From contig CAWCNY010000008.1 in the NCBI GenBank assembly GCA_963797095.1, forward strand, positions 96,001-160,000: DNA of 64,000 bases, read 5' to 3'. Below the pieces are notes generated by a model. It was not told the origin of the DNA. It was given only the letters and a program-made list of their open reading frames with translations, and did no database searches. Shown one piece after another: positions 48,791 to 58,337 of this stretch (within the stretch, counting starts at the first letter, position 1; every line of letters begins with the position of its first letter). The DNA is from an uncultured Chloroflexia bacterium (GTDB lineage Bacteria; Chloroflexota; Chloroflexia; QHBQ01; JADMIH01). The translations under genes were made by a program, and so were the position numbers.

Positions 48791-49230
48791 TCGGCGTAAG
48801 GGATATCTATTCAAGGTTCACCCACCGTACTATACACTCGCGAACTACATGGTACGCTTTGCTGATAGTGCTGAGCCTGGCGCTCGGATTGGGGTTGAAC
48901 GCGGGTACGATACCCGAAAGCCCGGGTCGCTGGCAACCCGACGGTGCGAAAGCCGCCATATTGGAGAGCAATTGGGCTTACGATTATCTCACGGTGCAAC
49001 CCCGCGATGGAGACCACATCTCCTCGAACCTGTATGTGGCACTGGCCGAAGGGGAGAATGCATGGGCCGCTGCCTATCTTGAGCGGCAAAGAGATGCCCT
49101 GGCTCGTGCATCAGGGCGTGCTACACCCGCAAGTGCCGTACAGGTCCAGAGCGTAGTGCATCTGTTGGAGTGCTATGAGTTGCTGCTGAAGACTGCGCCG
49201 TTGCCGGCTATTCCGAGGTGTGACTTCTAA
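48787..49230 (+). CDS. hypothetical membrane-anchored protein
   Basis: ATGA overlap with the upstream gene and one N-terminal TM helix. Confidence 0.45.
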   Translation: MIGVRDIYSRFTHRTIHSRTTWYALLIVLSLALGLGLNAGTIPESPGRWQPDGAKAAILESNWAYDYLTVQPRDGDHISSNLYVALAEGENAWAAAYLERQRDALARASGRATPASAVQVQSVVHLLECYELLLKTAPLPAIPRCDF

Positions 49231-49341
49231 TTTTTCAGACTTGTCGGGCCCGCCTGGCTCAGATTATAGCTTGACATAAATGTGGCGGAGATATTCTGGG
49301 CCTACTTCAAGGGTAGCTAATGGGGATGCCGGGCTGATCGA

Positions 49342-50130
49342 CTATGTTGTGCTCAGGAACTTCAGCAGACAGGCGTTAAACATCTCCGGTTGCTCGATAT
49401 TCGATAGATGGGCGGTGTTGGGGAAAATGATCAGCTTACTACCGGCGATGGCGTTGTGCAGTTGCTTCGATTGTATTGGGGGTGTGCTCTCGTCCAATTC
49501 ACCGCTAATGATAAGCGACGGCACCCGAATGATAGGTACGATCACGCTCAGATCGGCATCGCGCAAAGCTGCACATGCTGCTATGTAACCCTCCGGATCT
49601 GTGGCTTCAAGCATATCGCCAATCACATCCGTTACAATCGGTTGACGCTCACGAAACTCCCGGCTGAGGAAGCGTTTGATGCCGATTTCTCGCGCAGCGG
49701 CCATCCTACCTTCACGCACCAACTTTATGCGCGTGGCCCAGCTTTCAATAGAGCCGATTCGGGCCGAGGTATTCGCGAATACCGCGCGATGAACACGCTC
49801 ACGGTGCATGGCTGCGACCCAGAGAGCAACCATACCGCCAAGCGAGATGCCACAGATATGAGCGCGCTCGATCTCAAAGTGGTCGAGCACTGCCAGCAGA
49901 TCACGCTCAAGACGTTCAATGGTAGCAGGCTCATCGGGCACGTCAGATTGGCCGTGACCACGCATATCGTAGCGAACGATACGAAAAGCGGACCTCAAGG
50001 CGATGGCCTGGGCATCCCACAAATGCATATTGGTGCCTATGGAGTTGGAGAACACCAGCGCAGGAGCGTCCGAATTCCCCTCGATCTGGCAGGCGATCTG
50101 CACACCATCAACTGGCACATACTCTATCAT
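49342..50130 (-). CDS. pcaD: 3-oxoadipate enol-lactonase
   Basis: FSNSIGT, RYDMRGHG, GISLGG, AHLSNIEQP and pca context. Confidence 0.92.
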   Translation of the reverse strand: MIEYVPVDGVQIACQIEGNSDAPALVFSNSIGTNMHLWDAQAIALRSAFRIVRYDMRGHGQSDVPDEPATIERLERDLLAVLDHFEIERAHICGISLGGMVALWVAAMHRERVHRAVFANTSARIGSIESWATRIKLVREGRMAAAREIGIKRFLSREFRERQPIVTDVIGDMLEATDPEGYIAACAALRDADLSVIVPIIRVPSLIISGELDESTPPIQSKQLHNAIAGSKLIIFPNTAHLSNIEQPEMFNACLLKFLSTT

Positions 50131-51479
50131 GCGTTTTCGGCACTCATCATCGCTTGATAGCCCTCAAGGGCGCGGTCAATGAACGCGTCTGTGCTGCCAA
50201 GGTAGCTGGCAGGATCAAGTGCGGCCTCGATGGCATCGGGGGGCAGAATGGCGCGAATTTGTTCGTCGCTCAAGGAGGCGTCTTGCAAGCTGATCCCTTG
50301 TTCAAGCGCACGCGCGCCCACAGCCTGGACCAGATGTTGGGCTTGCTGCTTCCCTATGTAGGGTGCGAGTGCTACCAGTAGCGCCTCGGACATCAGCAAT
50401 CCGCCGCTCTGCTGGAGGTTGGCGTGCATTCTTTGGGGATCTACCTGCAAGTCCCGTAGGGCGTTGCCCACGCGGGCTACCGCGCTGCTTGTAAAGCAGA
50501 ACAGGTCTGGGATGGCCTGCCATTCGGCCTGCCAGGCTCCTGCTGCGCGTTCGTGCTCCTGGGCCATCGATGCCAGCATGATGGGAACCTGTCCAAGCGC
50601 CAGCCGCGACGCTGCAAGGGCCATAGTAGCATCAACCGGGTTGCGCTTCTGGGGCATGGCCGAGGAGCCGCCTTTGCCTGGGGCTGCCTCTTCTGATACT
50701 TCTCCAACCTCTGTTTGGGCGAGGAGCACCAGGTCGCTTGCGATCTTCGCCATAGAGCCAGCGGTGATGCCAAGTGTGGCGGCGACGGTGGTAAAGCGGT
50801 CGCGCTCGGTGTGCCAGGGGAGATCCGGCAAGGGTAGATTGAGACCCTGGGCGACTATGCGCACAACCTCCAATCCTTTGTCTCCGAGCACGGCAAGGGT
50901 GCCCGCAGCACCGCCCAATTGGAGGGCCAACGATTGGGCGCGGCTGCGGCGTAATGCCTCTATTTGACGGGTCGCGAGGGCGAGCCAGCGGGCGGCCTTC
51001 AGTCCGAAGGTGATCGGCATGGCCTGCTGTAGTAAGGTCCTTCCGGCCATGAGGGTATGGCGGTGCTGCTCGGCGAGGGTGGCTGCAGACTTGCACAGGT
51101 CGCGCAGGCTGTCTACGAGGAGGTTCAGGCCGTCGCGCATTTCTAGCGCAAGGGCTGTGTCTATGGCATCCTGACTGGTAGCGCCCCAATGTATGTAGGA
51201 TTTCGCGGGATCGGCTATGTGCTCGCCTAGCATTCGGACCAGAGGAATGGCCGGTGTGCCCGCGAGGGATACCTCTTCGAATATGCGTGGCACATCAAAT
51301 AGCTCGACCCGGCAACCGGCTTCTATAGCGTCAGCCGCTTCTTGAGGGATCACCCCGGCTTCGGCCTCGGCGCGGGCCAGGGCTGCCTCGAAGGCAAGCA
51401 TCTTCTGTACGTGGGATTCCGCCGAGAAGATGGCGTCCATCTCGGTGGTAGTGAAGAGATTGCCCGTGGGCGTGCCCAT
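50127..51479 (-). CDS. pcaB: 3-carboxy-cis,cis-muconate cycloisomerase
   Basis: HWGATSQD, GRTLLQQA, GGSSAMPQKRNP, EHERAAGAWQAEW. Confidence 0.93.
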   Translation of the reverse strand: MGTPTGNLFTTTEMDAIFSAESHVQKMLAFEAALARAEAEAGVIPQEAADAIEAGCRVELFDVPRIFEEVSLAGTPAIPLVRMLGEHIADPAKSYIHWGATSQDAIDTALALEMRDGLNLLVDSLRDLCKSAATLAEQHRHTLMAGRTLLQQAMPITFGLKAARWLALATRQIEALRRSRAQSLALQLGGAAGTLAVLGDKGLEVVRIVAQGLNLPLPDLPWHTERDRFTTVAATLGITAGSMAKIASDLVLLAQTEVGEVSEEAAPGKGGSSAMPQKRNPVDATMALAASRLALGQVPIMLASMAQEHERAAGAWQAEWQAIPDLFCFTSSAVARVGNALRDLQVDPQRMHANLQQSGGLLMSEALLVALAPYIGKQQAQHLVQAVGARALEQGISLQDASLSDEQIRAILPPDAIEAALDPASYLGSTDAFIDRALEGYQAMMSAENA

Positions 51480-52259
51480 TTAGGTTGCCTCCTGGCTGTG
51501 GGCTTGGGCCGTACGAGCTTGTAAATCTCGGAGGACCGCCAGTTCGGTTTGATCGGGTGGGGGCGTTTGCTCGATCTGTTTCGCGAAACGGATGGGCCAG
51601 CCTGTGTTTACGCTAATTTGCTCACGAGTGACGCCTGCGTGGATGGAGACAACTGTTAGTTCCTTTGTGCTGGGGTCGGGGCGCATGAGGCAAAGGTCGG
51701 TTATTACGAGGGTAGGGCCTTGCGTGCGCAGGCCGAGGCGTTGGCGGTGATCGCCACCTTCGCCATGCCCGAATGAGGTAATGAAGTCAACATGTTGCAC
51801 GAATGAGCGGGCGGTCTGTGCCATGACGACATAGACTTGTTTGCAGTGGCTTGCGATCTGCGGCGCGCCGCCGCCCCCCGGCAGGCGTACTTTGGGTTGG
51901 GTGTAGCTGCCTATCACGCTGGAATTGATGTTGGCGAAGCGGTCGATCTGAGCACCCCCCAGGAAGCCAACGGAGATGCGGCCACCCTGAAGCCAGTAGC
52001 TGAACATTTCAGGCACAGAGACCGTGCAGAGGGCGGTTTCGCATAGCTCAGGATCGCCTATGGAGAGGGGGAGTACATCGGGCTTGGTGCCGATCGTGCC
52101 CGATTCGTAAATGAGGGTGATATCGGGCGCGTGGGTGAGGCGGGCGAGATTACAGGCCAGCGAGGGCGCGCCAATACCGACGAAGCAAATGTCGTCGTTA
52201 GTCAAGGCGCGGGCTGCGGCGACTGCCATCATTTCGGAGGTTGTGTAAGGTGTAGTCAT
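51480..52259 (-). CDS. pcaJ: 3-oxoadipate CoA-transferase beta subunit (GctB/CatJ type)
   Basis: CFVGIGAP, LIYESG, LPLSIGD, GFLGGAQIDRF, RLPGGGGAP. Confidence 0.85.
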   Translation of the reverse strand: MTTPYTTSEMMAVAAARALTNDDICFVGIGAPSLACNLARLTHAPDITLIYESGTIGTKPDVLPLSIGDPELCETALCTVSVPEMFSYWLQGGRISVGFLGGAQIDRFANINSSVIGSYTQPKVRLPGGGGAPQIASHCKQVYVVMAQTARSFVQHVDFITSFGHGEGGDHRQRLGLRTQGPTLVITDLCLMRPDPSTKELTVVSIHAGVTREQISVNTGWPIRFAKQIEQTPPPDQTELAVLRDLQARTAQAHSQEAT

Positions 52260-52311
52260 TCGTTATTAGTTTTTCTTGTCTCTTCAAGAAACGATAAAAG
52301 AGAGAGTAGAG

Positions 52312-52360
52312 TTGGGGATATCCCCCAATGACCCCGGCAGGCAGTTCCGCCTGCATCCCC
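52312..52360. repeat. GC-rich REP-like double hairpin between the CoA-transferase genes
   Basis: TTGGGGATATCCCCCAA and GCAGGCAGTTCCGCCTGC stems. Shares CCCCGGCAGG with 5815-5824. Confidence 0.4.
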
Positions 52361-53166
52361 TACGCAAGCACGTGCTCTTTTATCCAAAGCAGGAAGGTTT
52401 CGCGCTCTTTGGCTATGGCGTCCCAGGCGGTGTAGAAGGCGTTGTCGCGGCCATAGTAGCCGTGGGCGTAGGATGGGCGAGCGCCGCCGGGGGTTTCGGC
52501 TATGGCGGTTACGGTCCAGTTGGGGAGAATGGTGGAGTTGAGGCTGGGGGGACGCAGGTCGTCTACTATCTCTTCTACTGTTACTATGGCTTGCCTGGAT
52601 GCAAGCACTACTTCTTTCTGGACGCCGGTTATGCCTTCGATGAGGACGTTGCCTGTGCGGTCGGCGCGTTGCGCGTGGACGATTGCCAGGTCGGGGCGGA
52701 GGGCGGGTACGGCGGCCAACTGCTCGCCTGTGAAGGGGCAAGTGATAGAGCGGATGTTGGAGTTGACGGTTGCGAGGTCGGTGCCGGTGTAGGCGCGCAG
52801 GACCGCGCAAGGCAGCCCGGCGGCTCCTGCTGCGTAGGCAGAGGCCATGGCGGCGTGGCTATGCTCCTCGATCTCCAGGGGGCGGGGCCAGCCGCGTTCG
52901 ACGGCGTCGCGCAGGCGGTGGAGGGAGCCAACGCCGGGGTTACCTCCCCAGGAGAAGATCACCTTGCGAACGCAGCCCATCCCTATCATCTGGTCGTAGA
53001 TGAGGTCGGGTGTCATGCGCATAAGGACCAGGTCGCGTTTGCCCTGGCGTATGATCTCGTGCCCGGCGGCGAACGGGATCAGGTGTGTGAAGCCCTCCAG
53101 TGCGAGCGTCATGCCATCTTGAACGTAGGTGGCGATCGCTTCACTCAGGGATAGGAAAGATGTCAT
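52360..53166 (-). CDS. pcaI: 3-oxoadipate CoA-transferase alpha subunit (GctA/CatI type)
   Basis: ALEGFTHLIP, RMTPDLIYDQ, SWGGNPGVGSLHR. Confidence 0.85.
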   Translation of the reverse strand: MTSFLSLSEAIATYVQDGMTLALEGFTHLIPFAAGHEIIRQGKRDLVLMRMTPDLIYDQMIGMGCVRKVIFSWGGNPGVGSLHRLRDAVERGWPRPLEIEEHSHAAMASAYAAGAAGLPCAVLRAYTGTDLATVNSNIRSITCPFTGEQLAAVPALRPDLAIVHAQRADRTGNVLIEGITGVQKEVVLASRQAIVTVEEIVDDLRPPSLNSTILPNWTVTAIAETPGGARPSYAHGYYGRDNAFYTAWDAIAKERETFLLWIKEHVLA

Positions 53167-53179
53167 CGGCCCGGCTCCA

Positions 53180-53764
53180 TCACAGGTTGAAGAAGACCGT
53201 TTCACCTGCCCCTTGTAGCACCACGTCGAAGCGGTAGCTGGCAACCCCATCGCGCTCGACGGGCTGCGCGAGCAGGGTTGCCCTGCGCTCGGCAGGCACA
53301 CACATCAGTACGGGGTCGTTTGCGTTGGCTGGGTCGTCGGCGAAGTAGAGGCGGGTGTAGAGGTGATTCAGGAGGCCACGAGCAAAGACGGCCACGCAGA
53401 TGTGGGGGGCTTGCATCTGCTGCGCGTCGTAGGGCACAGCGCCAGGCTTGATCGTCTCGAATAGGTATGCACCTTCGTCGTTCGTGCCGCAACGCCCGAA
53501 GCCTGTGAAGGTCGGATCTAGGGGGAGGTCCCGGTTGTCGGTGGAGTGGTTATAGCGGCCTGACGCATTAGCCTGCCAGATCTCAAGCATGGCATCCGGC
53601 ACGGGTTGGCCGTCGCCATCGTACACGTACCCCTCGATGTTGATGCGAGTGCCTTCGGTGGCGGGCGCGACCAGCACGTTGGCACACTGCCTATCGTCGC
53701 GCAGCAGACAAGGCTCGAAGAAGGGGCCGACGGTTTGGGAGGGGGTGAGTGCGAAAGTGTTCAT
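53180..53764 (-). CDS. pcaG: protocatechuate 3,4-dioxygenase alpha subunit
   Basis: TPSQTVGPFF, EIWQANASG, FARGLLNHLYTRLYF, ETVFF. Confidence 0.95.
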   Translation of the reverse strand: MNTFALTPSQTVGPFFEPCLLRDDRQCANVLVAPATEGTRINIEGYVYDGDGQPVPDAMLEIWQANASGRYNHSTDNRDLPLDPTFTGFGRCGTNDEGAYLFETIKPGAVPYDAQQMQAPHICVAVFARGLLNHLYTRLYFADDPANANDPVLMCVPAERRATLLAQPVERDGVASYRFDVVLQGAGETVFFNL

Positions 53765-53765
53765 A

Positions 53766-54494
53766 TCAGTGGGTATCCCTCGGCGGCTCGAACGGGGTGG
53801 CTTCGGGGCCGCCCAGCACGATGTTCCAACTCCAGCCAAGTGCCCACTCAGGCTCGGTAATATCATGGCGATATTTGGCGATCAGCCTTTGTCTGGCTGC
53901 TTCTGTCGGCACAGAGTTGAAAATGGGGTCGTACGGGAAAAGAGTATCGCCCTCAAAGTACATCTGAGTTATCAGGCGGGATGTCCAGGTTCTGCCGAAG
54001 AATGAGAAGTGGATGTGGGCCGGTCGCCAGGCGTTGGGGTGGTTCTTCCATGGATAAGCGCCGGGCTTGATGGTGAGGAACCGGTAGACTCCTTCCGAGT
54101 CGGTCAGGCAGCGCCCGATGCCGAGGAAGTTGGGATCGAGGGGGCCAGGCCACCGGTCATTGCGGTGGATGTAGCGCCCGCAGGCATTGGCCTGCCATAC
54201 CTCTATGAGAGTGTGAGGCACGGGCGCGCCGTGCTCGTCCAGTACCCGACCCGTGACGATAATGCGCTGGCCGATGGCCTCGCCGCCTGTGCCTGCGTTG
54301 CGTGTTAGGTCGGCATCTTCCGGCGTGGTCGCACCCATTATTGGCCCAGGCCCGGTCAACTCCGAAATCGTGAGGGGCACATCAACTAGCGGCATCGTGG
54401 GGGCGCGCTTGATGGTCGAGCGGTAGGCGTCGTAGAGAAAAGGCGGGAAAATCTCTCGGTCGCCTCGTATGATTTCTCCTATGGTTGTTATCAT
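53766..54494 (-). CDS. pcaH: protocatechuate 3,4-dioxygenase beta subunit
   Basis: EVWQANACGRY, PGAYPWKNHPNAWRPAHIHFS (Tyr/His iron ligands). Confidence 0.95.
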   Translation of the reverse strand: MITTIGEIIRGDREIFPPFLYDAYRSTIKRAPTMPLVDVPLTISELTGPGPIMGATTPEDADLTRNAGTGGEAIGQRIIVTGRVLDEHGAPVPHTLIEVWQANACGRYIHRNDRWPGPLDPNFLGIGRCLTDSEGVYRFLTIKPGAYPWKNHPNAWRPAHIHFSFFGRTWTSRLITQMYFEGDTLFPYDPIFNSVPTEAARQRLIAKYRHDITEPEWALGWSWNIVLGGPEATPFEPPRDTH

Positions 54495-54541
54495 CGGTGT
54501 TCCTCCTGTGACGAGAGCAACTTGTGGTCCGGCGCTTGCCA

Positions 54542-54925
54542 TCACTCATCATCGGTCGCGGACGTTAGCTCCTTTTTGGCGATAGCGAAAGCTGTGTTGG
54601 CGGCGGGGATGCCGGCGTAAACGGCCACGTGGAGCAGCGCCTCAGCTATCTCATCGGGCGTCGCGCCTGTATTGCGGGTGGCGTGCAGGTGCAGCGCCAA
54701 CTCTTCAGTGCGCCCAAGCGCAGCCAGCACAGCGATTGTGATCAGGCTGCGCGTTCGCGGGTCGAGGCCGGGCCGCGCCCACACCGATCCCCAGGCTGTC
54801 TCTGTGATGAAACGCTGGAAATCGGCGTCCAACTCCGTTATGCCCGCCTCCGCCCTGTCTACGTGCGCATCGCCTAACACCGCCCTGCGAACACGCATTC
54901 CTTTGTCGTAGCTCGATTCTTCCAA
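54542..54925 (-). CDS. pcaC: 4-carboxymuconolactone decarboxylase
   Basis: GMRVRRAVLGDAHVDRA..FQRFIT..AWGSVWARPGL..VYAGIPAAN. Confidence 0.93.
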   Translation of the reverse strand: MEESSYDKGMRVRRAVLGDAHVDRAEAGITELDADFQRFITETAWGSVWARPGLDPRTRSLITIAVLAALGRTEELALHLHATRNTGATPDEIAEALLHVAVYAGIPAANTAFAIAKKELTSATDDE

Positions 54926-54939
54926 CTAGATTGCCCTTC

Positions 54940-56115
54940 CTAGACCCGTTCCAGGCCGACGTAGTTCTCGGCGAGGCTTGTGGCGGCTGGCTGCGATGTG
55001 CAGACGTATCTCAGTTGAGACAGTTGTAGTTGCTGCTGGAACCCGCCATCATCGTCGTAAAAGCGGTGCAGCATGGAGGTCATGTACCACGAAAAGTGCT
55101 CGGCCCGCCAGACGCGGCGCAGACAAATCTTCGAGTATGACTCCAGTTTCTGAGTGTGGCCCTGCTCGTACCAATCAACGAGAGCATCGGCAAGCACGCG
55201 CACGTCGGCGACGGCGAGATTCAGCCCTTTGGCCCCGGTGGGTGGCACCAGGTGGGCTGCGTCGCCCGCCAGGTAGAGCCGCCCGTATTGTATCGGGTCG
55301 TACACAAAGCTACGCATAGTGGTGATGCTCTTTTCGAGGACCTCGCCTTCCTGAAAAGTCCAGCCGTTTATCTCCAGGCGCTCGTGTAGCTCGTGCCAGA
55401 TAAGCTCGTCGGGCCATTGCTCAATTTCGTCGTCGGGGGAGCACTGAATATATAGGCGGCTCAACTGGGGTGAGCGCATACTGTAGAGGGCGAAGCCGCG
55501 CTCGTGGTAGGCGTAGATTAGTTCGTGGGTAGCGGGCGGCGCGGCGGCGAGGATGCCTAACCAGGCGAAAGGGTAGACTTTCTGGTAGCACCGCAACGCT
55601 TCTTCGGGCACGCTTGGGCGACATGGGCCGTGGAAGCCATCGCACCCCGCGATGAAATCGGCGTGTAGCTCCTCCTCTTTACCCTGGTACTGGAAGCGGA
55701 CGTAAGGGTGGTCGGTGTCTATATTGTGGAGGCTGACGGCCTCGGCCTCGAACAGGATTTGCCCGCCGGCTGCCAACCGCGCCGCAATCAGGTCTTTTAC
55801 TACTTCTTGCTGCCCGTAGACGGTAATGGCGCGCCCGCCGGTGAGTTCGCTCAAAGGGATGCGGTGGCGCTCACCCCCGAACTGGAGGTTGATCCCGTGG
55901 TGCACTAACCCCTCGCGGGTCATGCGCTCGCCAACCCCTGTTGAATTGAGCAGATCAACCGTGGTCTGCTCCAGCACTCCCGCTCTCAAGCGATGCTCTA
56001 CATATATGCGATCATGCCGCTCCAGCACGACCAACTCGATGCCATGCAGGTGCAGTAAATGGGAGAGCACCAGCCCCGCCGGACCCGCGCCCACGATAGC
56101 TACCTGTGTACGCAT
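54940..56115 (-). CDS. pobA: 4-hydroxybenzoate 3-monooxygenase
   Basis: MRTQVAIVGAGPAG, RAGVLE, VYGQ, GCDGFHG, AGDAAHLVPPTGAKGLNLA, LAENYVG. Confidence 0.95.
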   Translation of the reverse strand: MRTQVAIVGAGPAGLVLSHLLHLHGIELVVLERHDRIYVEHRLRAGVLEQTTVDLLNSTGVGERMTREGLVHHGINLQFGGERHRIPLSELTGGRAITVYGQQEVVKDLIAARLAAGGQILFEAEAVSLHNIDTDHPYVRFQYQGKEEELHADFIAGCDGFHGPCRPSVPEEALRCYQKVYPFAWLGILAAAPPATHELIYAYHERGFALYSMRSPQLSRLYIQCSPDDEIEQWPDELIWHELHERLEINGWTFQEGEVLEKSITTMRSFVYDPIQYGRLYLAGDAAHLVPPTGAKGLNLAVADVRVLADALVDWYEQGHTQKLESYSKICLRRVWRAEHFSWYMTSMLHRFYDDDGGFQQQLQLSQLRYVCTSQPAATSLAENYVGLERV

Positions 56116-56132
56116 CGTACTCACCTCTTTCG

Positions 56133-57233
56133 TTAGTTTTCTCCCCAAACCTCGCGTGCCACATCGGCTACCAGCTTTAGCTTGGCCTCCTCGTCGGAGG
56201 GGGTGAGGAGGTTGCCCGCCTCGGTGGAGGCAAAGCCGCATTGGGGGCTTATGGCTAGCCTCTCCAGCGGTATATATGTGGATGCTTCCTCGATGCGGCG
56301 CTTAAGTTCTTCTTTGTTCTCCAGAGCTGGTTTCTTGGTTGTGACCAGGCCAAGCACTATGGTCCTATCTCCTGGAACGTGGCGTAACGGCTCAAAGCCG
56401 CCGGATCGTTCGTCGTCGTATTCCAGCAGGAAGCGCCCGAACTTTGTACGCTCGAACACCGAGGCGATTGGTTCGTAATCTCCACTCGCGTAGAACTTGC
56501 TCTGGTTGTTGCCCCGGCAGAGGTGCACCCCGAAGGTGATCTCAGGATTGCCCAGGTAGTCACTGATAACGGCATTATCCATCTCGATACAGCGGTCGAG
56601 GAGGCGATCGGGGTCGGTGCCACGCTTGCGGTAGCCCTCGCGGATCGAGGCGTCGAGTAAGCCCGCGTACTGTGGTGCATCCAGTTGGATATAGGTACAA
56701 CCGAGATGGATCAACTCGGCAATTTCGCCACGCAAGATGTCTACAACGTCGGCCAGATAAGCGTCAATTGTAGAGTAAGCCCCCTTTGATTTCTCCGCGT
56801 CGTAGTACGCCGCGGCCTGTTGTGCGTTGATAAGAGTGACCTTTATGGGTTTGTCGGTTCTTGCGCGCACATACGCGAACTCCTCGGTGCTCATGGGCCG
56901 TATTCGCTTGAGCCGAGAAACCACCACAGGCCGCTTGAGCACAAGTTCGTTGCCCTGCTCGTCTCGGAAGGGGATGGCCCAGCCGCCATATTTGTCGAAG
57001 CCCTCAACCGCGTCGATAAAGTGCCCGTAGAAGGCGTAGCGGCGCATCTCGCCATCTGTAATTACGTCCATGCCTGCCTCTAGTTGCAGGTCAACCGCCT
57101 CGTTTACGGCCCGGTCTTCAACGCGTTTGAAGGCGGCGTCGCTGAGCGTGCCCGCCTCATGTTCTTTGCGGGCCTCCTTCAAGTAGTCAGGCCGGAGCAG
57201 GCTCCCGATCACGTCGTTATGATAATTAGGCAT
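56133..57233 (-). CDS. cobalamin-independent methionine synthase II family (MetE C-terminal-like) protein
   Basis: IGSLLRP, ITDGEMRR, HLCRGN, LEYDDERSGGFEPL, SPQCGFAS (Zn ligands). Confidence 0.88.
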   Translation of the reverse strand: MPNYHNDVIGSLLRPDYLKEARKEHEAGTLSDAAFKRVEDRAVNEAVDLQLEAGMDVITDGEMRRYAFYGHFIDAVEGFDKYGGWAIPFRDEQGNELVLKRPVVVSRLKRIRPMSTEEFAYVRARTDKPIKVTLINAQQAAAYYDAEKSKGAYSTIDAYLADVVDILRGEIAELIHLGCTYIQLDAPQYAGLLDASIREGYRKRGTDPDRLLDRCIEMDNAVISDYLGNPEITFGVHLCRGNNQSKFYASGDYEPIASVFERTKFGRFLLEYDDERSGGFEPLRHVPGDRTIVLGLVTTKKPALENKEELKRRIEEASTYIPLERLAISPQCGFASTEAGNLLTPSDEEAKLKLVADVAREVWGEN

Positions 57234-57319
57234 AATTGCACTCCTTTCTTAGTGCTACCACTCTTTGTACAGCTTATATTCATGGATGGAGTCAGGGGAC
57301 ACCCCTGGTACTCACTCCA

Positions 57320-58330
57320 CTATTTGCTTTTGGCCAGGCGTGCGCGCCACCACCGCTGCAATCGCGTCCACGCCTCCACCAACCCGCCAGGGAACACAAG
57401 CACTACTATAATGAACAATATGCCGAAGATGATCTGGTAGCTTTCTTGCAGGCTCAGCGAGAGTTGCTGCTGTACCACGATAAAGAAGATCGCGCCGATT
57501 ATTGGCCCAACAATCGTACCCAAGCCGCCGATGTAGGCGATGAGCAGGGCATCGAAGGTCCATGATGCGCCGAATGGAGCGGCAGGGTAGTAGCTGGCTT
57601 GCTGGTATGCAAAAACGCCACCCGCCAGCCCCGCAAGTAAGCTGGACAGGCCAAGAGCGAGCAGTTTGTGTGCCAGTATACTTACCCCGGTGGCGCGGGC
57701 CGCCTCCTCGTCTTCTCGCACCGCCTCCAGGCCAAGCCCCAGCGCCGAGTAGCGCAAGGCAGCCGCTATTCCGGTGGTTGCCAGGGCCACCCCCAGCGCG
57801 AGGTAGTAGCGCGAGTCAAGGTTGTAGTTGGCGATCTCAGGGCCGGGCAGCGACGTGATCAGGGGAAACTGCCGAGCCACCGTAATGCGCAATACCTCTG
57901 CGACACCCAGCGTTCCGATAGCGAAGTAGGCCCCACGCAGGCGAAAAGTCGGAACGCCGATCACAAGCGCGAAGGCGGCGGAAGCCAAACCACCCAGGAG
58001 CAGGGCAAGGAAGAAGGGCACCCCGCCCAACCAGAGCGGGCGAGTGACAAGCGCTCCAATGCCAAAGAACGCCGCGTGTCCCAGGCTGGTTTGTCCTGCG
58101 AAGCCGGCCAGGATATTCCAACTCTGGGCCAGAGTTATGAACAGGCAAACCTGAAAGAGAAGGTTGAGGATATCATCACGAGTAACGAACCGTGGCACGA
58201 GGGCCGCGACGACCACTAACGCCAGAATTAGCAGACCTAACACCAGGCGACGCATGGCGGAGGGCGCTGGCAGCACTGCTGTCCTTTGCACATCGCTGTT
58301 TGTCGTTTGTCGCTCGGTAGTCTGGCTCAC
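57320..58330 (-). CDS. branched-chain-type ABC permease (LivM-like)
   Basis: SWNILAGFAGQTSLGHAAFFG, LRGAYFAIGT, AVREDEEAA. Confidence 0.92.
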   Translation of the reverse strand: MSQTTERQTTNSDVQRTAVLPAPSAMRRLVLGLLILALVVVAALVPRFVTRDDILNLLFQVCLFITLAQSWNILAGFAGQTSLGHAAFFGIGALVTRPLWLGGVPFFLALLLGGLASAAFALVIGVPTFRLRGAYFAIGTLGVAEVLRITVARQFPLITSLPGPEIANYNLDSRYYLALGVALATTGIAAALRYSALGLGLEAVREDEEAARATGVSILAHKLLALGLSSLLAGLAGGVFAYQQASYYPAAPFGASWTFDALLIAYIGGLGTIVGPIIGAIFFIVVQQQLSLSLQESYQIIFGILFIIVVLVFPGGLVEAWTRLQRWWRARLAKSK

Positions 58331-58337
58331 GATTATC

